Shown here one piece after another: positions 59,801-64,000 of a stretch of DNA of 64,000 bases; position 1 is the stretch's first letter, and each line of letters starts with the position of its first letter. A model generated the notes under the pieces. The model was not told the origin of the DNA, made no database searches, and was given only the letters and a program-made list of their open reading frames with translations. Origin of the DNA: a virus. Position numbers and translations under genes: made by a program. The stretch covers positions 1 to 64,000 of IMG/VR virus record IMGVR_UViG_3300023109_000007; one strand, 5' to 3'.

Positions 59801-62800
59801 GTGAAATTGCTATATCACTACCAAAGTTAATATCACGCTGTGTTATAACAAAACTATCAAAAATACCATTATTACCTAATGATGTTTCAATTGTTCCGTT
59901 GACTGAAATCAAGTTAGCACCTTCTACATTTAGCTGTCCTCGGACATTTTCTAAATAAACTGTGTTACCAGATGTTGTTTGTGATATAGTAGCTGTGCAA
60001 TTTCCTTGTTTAAATTTGTGTCCTGCAACTACATTTACTGACTGTGATAATGTAAGCACTGCATCGTTAACTCTAATATTATCTGGTGGTAAAATAGTCT
60101 GTGTTAATACTAAGTTATTAGTTTCTACTGATCTTCTATAGTAATGAACTTTGCCATCGTTGTCATCAGATGCAGATACCATTAAGTTTCTATTGTCGTC
60201 ACTAACTGAAAGAGCTACACCGTATTTTTGAAAGTTATCTGTAGAAGTTGCAGGATTAAAAATAACCTGTTGTTCTACATAATTCTCAGTATTTTGAATT
60301 ACACTCCAACTCTTATCTAATTTGTCAATCCAAACTTTTTGGTTTTCATCTTTATAACTTTCGATAAGAGTATTCAACTCATTTATATCTTTTACTCGTA
60401 CACTTCTAAATCTAGCAACCAGATAGTTTACATTTTCTATTGCTGATACTACAACTCCGTCTGGTAATTGTAGCACCATTGTGTCTACACTTACTTCTGA
60501 AACATACAAAAAGTTTAGAAGATTTGATGATGCTGCGCCATATATACCAACTACATCACCTTTCTTTATATCGCCGCCTACAAATTTTGTAGTATTAACT
60601 CTAACAAAAGGAGTTGTAGATCCAGTAATTTCGTCAGCACCTTCGTCTTCTGGTGTTATGCTAGTAATGTTGTAAGGTGTATCAACTAACTGGTACACAT
60701 TCCAATCATAATCAAAACTAATATTATCATCAGTTACCCAAACATAATCGCCAACAGTAATTTGCGGAGTTTGAATTTTAAGTAGATCATCTTTAATTCT
60801 AACTCTAAACTTTATATCTTCAGTTCTAACATAACCAGCTGACTGAATATATTCTTTTACATCATCAATTTTAGGAAATACTTTTGATTGATATTCAGAA
60901 TCTCTTGAATATACTTCGTATGGCTGTATTTCAATTGCTGTATCGCTTCTTGTAGGATTCTTAATATCTACTAGTTCAATTGGCTGAGGAGTAATTCTAA
61001 ATTTAGATTCGTCTAAAATAAAGTCTACATCTTTATACTTAGAAGTAGCACCGTATTGTCCTAATTGTACAGCCCATTCTTCAAAGAACTCTAAACTATC
61101 TTTTTCAGCATAATTTAAAGCATCAAATAATTTGCTAAGTGCATTAACAGTACCTTTGTCCTGTATCATACCTTGATAAAATTTATATTGACTTACGTCA
61201 TCATTTATAATATTAGCAAGATAATTTCTTGGTTGATAACCTATAAGATGTTGTGCAAGTTTTTGTTGCTCAATATCAAAGTTATCACTATCGAGATCAT
61301 AAAAGTCTGCAAATTGATTAATTTTATAATCAAAGTTTACCATTAATTGGGACTCAGGCTTTTCTGCAAGTTTTTGCCAACTAGATGTTTGGAACAACTC
61401 ACTTCCTGGAATGTTTACTAATGCTACATAATAAAACTCTTTATACTTTACAACATCGCCAATTACGTAATCTTTGTAACTATCCCATACAGTGATATTT
61501 GTGTCATCGTAAATAAACCCTGGAACATCCATTCCGCCAGCCCATTCGTCACTTCTGTATCCTATAACTTTAATACGTTCTTGCCTATAACCAGTTGCTG
61601 GATGGAAGATTGTATCTCCAAACTGTGTTGTATTATCTAGCAAACATACATGCTCTTTTTGTACTAACGGTAGTTGTGCTTGATATATGCCTTGTTCGGT
61701 ATTCTTAAGAACCATTCCAAAACTATTTTGTTGTCTAATAGTATGGTCAAAATCTTTATTAATTTGGCGAGCATCTGCATCTAATATACTATAAGGATAA
61801 AAGTTATCAAATATATTATCAACTACTGCATAATCTTTCTTAAACTGTAATACATTTGCTGCTGGACTTAAACTGATTGCTGTGCCTGCTGCCCAGTTTT
61901 GTGTTGTCCAGAATAAAAATTCTTTACATGAGTATGTCCAGTCATCAACATCGTCTGTATTAGCATTAAAGGTATCAAAAACAAAACCTTGATCTTGTAA
62001 GTATTTTCCGTATCCTAGAAGAAAATCTACAACATCTTGACTTGTTCTAAGTTGTGTTCCGTAATTTAATTTTTTTATTTTTTTACTAAATGTTTTTCTA
62101 ATAATTGCACGTTTGCCGCCTTCAACTGGAACTTCCGGTATTGAAACTAAATTATCAGTTGTAAATACTGTTGTACTTTCAAATCCTGTTGTTACTCTAT
62201 AATAACGGCCTGCATTTTCTATAACAGCACCTTCTGTAAATCTTCTATTAGGTGTCCAAGATTCAAAAGTTTCACTAATGCCGCCGATAATAATTGTTCT
62301 ATCTACTGTAGACTCAATATAAGGGTAATATGAAAAGTAAGGAGTATCAAATGCATATCCTCTTACAATAAATCCGCCGGATTGTTTTTCAATTGTTACA
62401 CCACTATATATTTGGTTTTCTAAAGGTGAACTTGTATTAAATATTATTTGGTAATTTTCTTCTGGAACAAAAACATTACCTTGATTATATGGTGTTCGTG
62501 AATCTAATATTAACTTAAATTTAGACTTATCAGTAAATCCGCCGATCTTAAATCCAAGTTGATTTGTTAGTGTTGTTAATTCATCTTTATATTCTTGGTA
62601 TATTGAACTTACGTTAGCACTTATATAACTGTATAGATAATTAATTAATCCGCTTGTTATAACTCTTTCAGTACCATTATAAGAGTTAGGAAATTGTATG
62701 TCTGCTAATGTAATAAATTTACCTGTAGTAGAATAAACATGTTGTCCTGCAAGGTTTGGAGTAATTCTAGAAAGATCAAAACATCTACCAAACAGCTCGT

Positions 62801-64000
62801 TAGGTTTATTTAGAACTAATCCAGATATAATAGCAAACGGATATTCACTACTACGTCTCCAAGCATTTTCAACAGGCGATACATCACCAAATTTAAACTT
62901 GTTTCTTGTATTTCTTGAAACATAATTTTTTGCAAAGTTTGCTTTCAAGGGTGAAACTATTTTACCATCAGAACCAACTGGGATATGCTTTAATAAATTA
63001 GGACGAGCATATCTTACATCGCGCCTAGTATTAGCAGGGTCTTTAATTAGTCCTTCTGAAATGTCTTCCCAAAGAATTAAGTTATCTCCTGTATACGGAG
63101 CCTTGCCATATGTATCTTCCCACCAAGTAGGTTTCACTGTAATACCAAGCATTTCCCAAGGATGTGTATGCGGACGATCAGTGTCGTATGCTTTTCTATA
63201 TACGCCGCGCCAAAAACCTGGAAGTTCTTCACCATTAGGAGCATTCATATAAGAGTAATTAAACGTTAATTGATTACCTCTATCGTAGAAAGAGTTATCT
63301 GTATAATCTGCATCGACTAACTGTTGCCATTCAACAAAACTGCTTAGTAATGAACCATTAAAGTCATCATACTTAATACCAGTGCTTCTATAATATCCAG
63401 GAATATAGTCGTGTATATTAAATATTTCTTGATTGTACTCAAACTTAATATTATTAAAGATTCTTTTTTCAAGTTCTAATAACAAGTTATCTCTATAATC
63501 ATCAAATGCAATAACTATAGATCCGTCATGTCCTTGTATAACTTTAGTTTCTTCTTGATAAGTGTCGTCTACAAAAATAGCTGGTTCATATTTTGGATAT
63601 AATCCTAACTTAGTAGGTGTTGCTGGAATAAAGGATCCGTCAGTTGATTCCCATTCAACTATTTCAATCTCATCGCCAACATTTTGTTCTGCTATGATTA
63701 GTACAAACCCTTCAGTACTAAAGCTATAGTCAATGCCATTAGTTAGTAATGAACCATTTAAGTATACTTGTACAGATTTACTAGACAAAGCTGAAGCATC
63801 AAATGCTGATGTTAATTGATAAAAAGGATTTCTTGAATCAAGTACAGAGTTTCTAATAACATTGTTTGCTCCAGTAGGAACCATATCACTAAAGTAATAC
63901 GGCATATTAGGAGTTTTATCTTTGTTTAATTCTTTTAATATTAAGTCAACATGTGTCCTTATTGGACCATCGTAACCTAATGTTTCTGCTGTTTGTAGAA
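50835..64000 (-). CDS. Giant virion structural protein (baseplate wedge/tail-associated), >4380 aa, 5' end outside the window
   Basis: The frame stays open from 63905 to the window edge (LQTAETLGYDG...KTPNM). It contains NPGSGY/GGGGSGATA phage baseplate repeats, FG-GAP-like propeller blades, CBM5/12-like W-x4-Y-x2-G-x-V motifs and GDGST..F beta-sandwich repeats. Confidence 0.8.
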   Translation of the reverse strand, partial: LQTAETLGYDGPIRTHVDLILKELNKDKTPNMPYYFSDMVPTGANNVIRNSVLDSRNPFYQLTSAFDASALSSKSVQVYLNGSLLTNGIDYSFSTEGFVLIIAEQNVGDEIEIVEWESTDGSFIPATPTKLGLYPKYEPAIFVDDTYQEETKVIQGHDGSIVIAFDDYRDNLLLELEKRIFNNIKFEYNQEIFNIHDYIPGYYRSTGIKYDDFNGSLLSSFVEWQQLVDADYTDNSFYDRGNQLTFNYSYMNAPNGEELPGFWRGVYRKAYDTDRPHTHPWEMLGITVKPTWWEDTYGKAPYTGDNLILWEDISEGLIKDPANTRRDVRYARPNLLKHIPVGSDGKIVSPLKANFAKNYVSRNTRNKFKFGDVSPVENAWRRSSEYPFAIISGLVLNKPNELFGRCFDLSRITPNLAGQHVYSTTGKFITLADIQFPNSYNGTERVITSGLINYLYSYISANVSSIYQEYKDELTTLTNQLGFKIGGFTDKSKFKLILDSRTPYNQGNVFVPEENYQIIFNTSSPLENQIYSGVTIEKQSGGFIVRGYAFDTPYFSYYPYIESTVDRTIIIGGISETFESWTPNRRFTEGAVIENAGRYYRVTTGFESTTVFTTDNLVSIPEVPVEGGKRAIIRKTFSKKIKKLNYGTQLRTSQDVVDFLLGYGKYLQDQGFVFDTFNANTDDVDDWTYSCKEFLFWTTQNWAAGTAISLSPAANVLQFKKDYAVVDNIFDNFYPYSILDADARQINKDFDHTIRQQNSFGMVLKNTEQGIYQAQLPLVQKEHVCLLDNTTQFGDTIFHPATGYRQERIKVIGYRSDEWAGGMDVPGFIYDDTNITVWDSYKDYVIGDVVKYKEFYYVALVNIPGSELFQTSSWQKLAEKPESQLMVNFDYKINQFADFYDLDSDNFDIEQQKLAQHLIGYQPRNYLANIINDDVSQYKFYQGMIQDKGTVNALSKLFDALNYAEKDSLEFFEEWAVQLGQYGATSKYKDVDFILDESKFRITPQPIELVDIKNPTRSDTAIEIQPYEVYSRDSEYQSKVFPKIDDVKEYIQSAGYVRTEDIKFRVRIKDDLLKIQTPQITVGDYVWVTDDNISFDYDWNVYQLVDTPYNITSITPEDEGADEITGSTTPFVRVNTTKFVGGDIKKGDVVGIYGAASSNLLNFLYVSEVSVDTMVLQLPDGVVVSAIENVNYLVARFRSVRVKDINELNTLIESYKDENQKVWIDKLDKSWSVIQNTENYVEQQVIFNPATSTDNFQKYGVALSVSDDNRNLMVSASDDNDGKVHYYRRSVETNNLVLTQTILPPDNIRVNDAVLTLSQSVNVVAGHKFKQGNCTATISQTTSGNTVYLENVRGQLNVEGANLISVNGTIETSLGNNGIFDSFVITQRDINFGSDIAISPDGNFLAVGTPDAAEIRTRFQGDFVPTQEYNKNDVISFREGLYKANRTIIPQQPSVEFNTFNSYTDIASQDDADSSLISLLLTGNPGLIDKPTDHFLIRAPKTAYLATEPGDSVSLTWNRFSRSNPTLDLTLPWDGDSGTLTYEDISDTHTIVQKVDLVIYVDTFTILPQIGNSVTTPTGSGEVYYIETQDDSVVMYLTNVNGVFDAFGDLYVNDADIMGTYNILADNVIDGLSGFWLVNVYSDAEKTVSKVYENGSTWIEIGTGLIYNDVKRQSDNRNIFEYFNLQNLISSIGSYTGQQQQAGQIINLTYLGDNGNLATPTTFATDKFVVRMSSEYQNKITDINGNILIDPDTGNNVKVRLQLYDLDNYVIDVASAGFTFEQLNKKHTITDIWDGFIDFEFTEFQNDLPYEPLVGSIVTDVQTPFDGFGGLSLSTRTTSRAEVVFYQRDFNKVRVYLKNISGDWSQLNNIGRYEIRREPDATLFPGQPGRVMGKIDSVLQDVAMGGNEIGGLMVFENTDGNLPLVSLPPVAEDPSWQYSKIVDEEYWFYDAVAQQGAQVPANYPDAFNRDYTQVYSIPVDEFGQVQNVNEGTISIFKFNGTSGFRYVDSFVSERASDNRGYGTKLKLVQSGLDYTLLVSSTSGTGQLEIIKHGVPVDKADNYFGEWGPLNTFEQGVIVEYQGEFYEAKRDVPQLEPVIDIGNTTYWNRISWRYGKDDDYRGLFQNDPVLDYAPGELVKYADPDDDSTLKLYKAKTKVDGTQPFSTNDWEIVTGGEDYLGYLPTETNNTLYESQMLFESKWPLTQFAKSFDLSKDGKLLVVLNEHSVEAKVESIDTDADTITIDSTAWLYIGMPVRVRIPNELDSSNAAAQSPLAENQTYYVHSILSDTTFRISSTLFDDETVRDATLAADTADSTWEYLALDEYAEGIYITNFTVDDTIATIGIYKLDGTKYMFKQMLEDTLTKDGIYHDIAVSDDGKFFAVSEPYNDSINIDQGRVLVYKENAAGVFELSQTLISPNNEQSELFGFNIDFSKNEIVITSKNGDITSPTTFDGTIVGNTEPTTTYDSGFTTFNNVLVNSGVVYVFENLNDSFVFAERFNYTGETQTFGEVLVINDNHTYVGMPRIEKDTYQGEIIDYRKPFNKSAWNIIRSPVDTVDIKLIEGMFLYNKRTNQKVLDLDYVDIIQGKLPGPAEQEIDYKVPYDPARYNVTPLEGMFDEGDPWGANYVGSVWYDISLSKFINAYQGDITFQKNNFNKLMPDYVVSVHEWVESDYSPAKWDELSETEIGYQAGITGQTVYSDAQYTQVVNYDSATQTFGSKFYFWVTRKTDVPKNSTNRKLSVLDIGNLIQNPAGNGYKHVALLAQDRFIVHNCDSLLNDKDIVLNVRWLANNDREQNVHTQYQIMSDGLETSKLNPEIEQKWFDSLVGYDAQMRQVPDPNLPVKLKYGNRFSPRQGMFVNKTEALKQVIERVNLVLAEKLIVDDFDLSPLTSSQSIPSKFTNLYDFEIDTVEELRFIGTSKIVQAQLTPVISNGAIRSVEITEPGRGYKDINFNPETDTIRKGPTVEIVGQGTGAEIQTFINNLGQVTSVEVINQGENYTNATRLLVRKLSVLVITDSTVYGKWSIYDWDNSSKEWFRKRVQEFDTSLFWSYADWYANGYNEFTDIDYSLQGTYELYGLENKIGDIVKISSVGTGGWLLLRKVANEDTEDFTINYETIGRQSGTIIFDNSLYDLLNNSLGYDVRSFDSYFYDNQPVQELRIILNTIRDNIFVDELEIEYNNLWFASLRYVFSEQLYVDWAFKTSFVKAKHNLGVLQQDITFNNDTLPSYEAYIKEAKPFKTSIREFVSNYEAIDESNSKISDFDVPAYYDTVSKKITVPIIKVVDDVVVSNNTKLNEFPRKDFTDNVGYEITSIEIANPGSKYTFTPKIIIEGGGGSGATAQAYLGRGAITKIEVTNPGSGYISAPTITIQGSQASGGIEASASVIIGNSLIRTALMKVKFDRTSGSMYIMDLDTAETFAGTGFKTSYNLEWPIANNSTKVKISVDGEEALRSEYTYYNKENNDKSYTRLQGVIDFTTPPSNLAVITVEYEKSVDMLHAQDRVNFFYNPTSGMLGKELNQLMDGIDYGGVQVRSFEFTGPSGWDSDSWYSTTWDSYINTFEDEVFIFDGSTISIKLGQPLEAATNYNVYVRLLGETEYTRIDGASPDSSDTTYDGPWIETLIGDGTTDIIELDELGITVKDGDSIIIRKETSDGSFEPDDLSFDTALSGGDLAYSTAKGIAAEEIIIDGDGFVTPTTSKGTEELVPGQLIDSLDIQVYERETGGQGMIYAQTFVLGANDTEFDLKIIPASVDSILVKLDNTLLSPSEYTIDWTNNKLVLDSANLAVNQVLSVVAVGTGQQNVLDTGRFVATGDTADYLTAVKHQESMSAYVTINGIKQDIILIEADDSFPNFGGNTVIRFESEPSTGALIDYVIFADDTIINVSQMARSSLIGDGSTVSFTLPSTPLYQTPLEYKMLVKVGNKVLNPGYNAEFTIPQDRQRQYQLELFQKPGGSISNVENNVKPFINGKAITFPNQWVFDSSNSIIELQPGVGKPGDILEVYIVGDGEYTITNNVITFVDTPGYDVSIELITFTNHDILNSERINYEVAARSLLTAGSKEYSTYHRLTTGEILLRKPVIDAQYVWISVNGELLIPSLDYHVTDDRTKVRIEQKLNPDDVIDVLSFSAPIATERFAYRQFKDMLNRTHFKRIDQATTTLTQNLNYYDLRIEVADGSTLPEPNKGKNIPGIIWINKERIEYLVKEDNTLRQLRRGTLGTSVNESITSGTSVYDQGPNKSIPYKDETITRIHTTDGSTKVIDLDFDPDNNAQVYNAAHDLEVSAVEFFEVFYQGRRLRKTSQLSFNPATALDSNEGDIILPPEFSVVGNILTLNIADPDTGIYGNYIPPANVQVHIIRKQGKVWNDPDTSLANSDNNIANFLRSGSINFIE

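Noticed and set aside
1088-63252. Numerous 60-150 aa plus-strand ORFs and short nested minus-strand ORFs in the track
   Set aside because: They lie antisense to or inside long motif-bearing genes, mostly begin at alternative start codons and have no recognisable motifs. They are shadow ORFs; the nitroreductase is the only exception.
63903-63905. ATG at 63905 as the true start of the giant protein
   Set aside because: The reading frame is open to the window edge with no stop or Shine-Dalgarno, so the gene is truncated by the window.
1-64000. CRISPR array, transposase, intron/intein, homing endonuclease or diversity-generating retroelement
   Set aside because: No regularly spaced nucleotide repeats, reverse transcriptase, transposase or splicing motifs were seen by eye, and intergenic space is minimal. 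A self dot-plot would be needed to exclude short template/variable repeats.

Overview
This AT-rich window is densely coding and almost entirely on the minus strand, and it reads as part of a very large tailed-phage (jumbo-type) genome rather than a cellular chromosome. The right third (42319-64000) is a virion tail/baseplate module. It contains a >4380-aa structural protein running off the window edge, a small baseplate-type protein, three paralogous tail-fibre-like proteins (one with a tail-collar domain) and two further paralogous virion proteins, several preceded by ATAAATA motifs resembling T4-type late promoters. Directly downstream (42255 to <1) is a ~42-kb, tightly overlapping enzyme array. 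It holds 16 radical SAM proteins in about five paralogous subfamilies (5 C-terminal twitch, 6 N-terminal twitch, 2 cobalamin-binding, 3 other), about 7 glycosyltransferase-like proteins, a UDP-sugar dehydrogenase and 2 SGNH-like proteins. It also holds 5 Fe(II)/2OG-type oxygenases, 3 methyltransferase-like proteins, a sulfotransferase-like protein, 2 QueC-like PP-loop enzymes, a peroxiredoxin homolog without its peroxidatic Cys, a nitroreductase and a TctA/TctC-type transporter. The best-supported hypothesis (inference) is a phage-encoded glycan assembly and radical-tailoring system acting on the virion, the host surface or phage DNA. No tRNA, rRNA, CRISPR array or mobile element was seen. All assignments come from motif reading by eye; no database searches were run.
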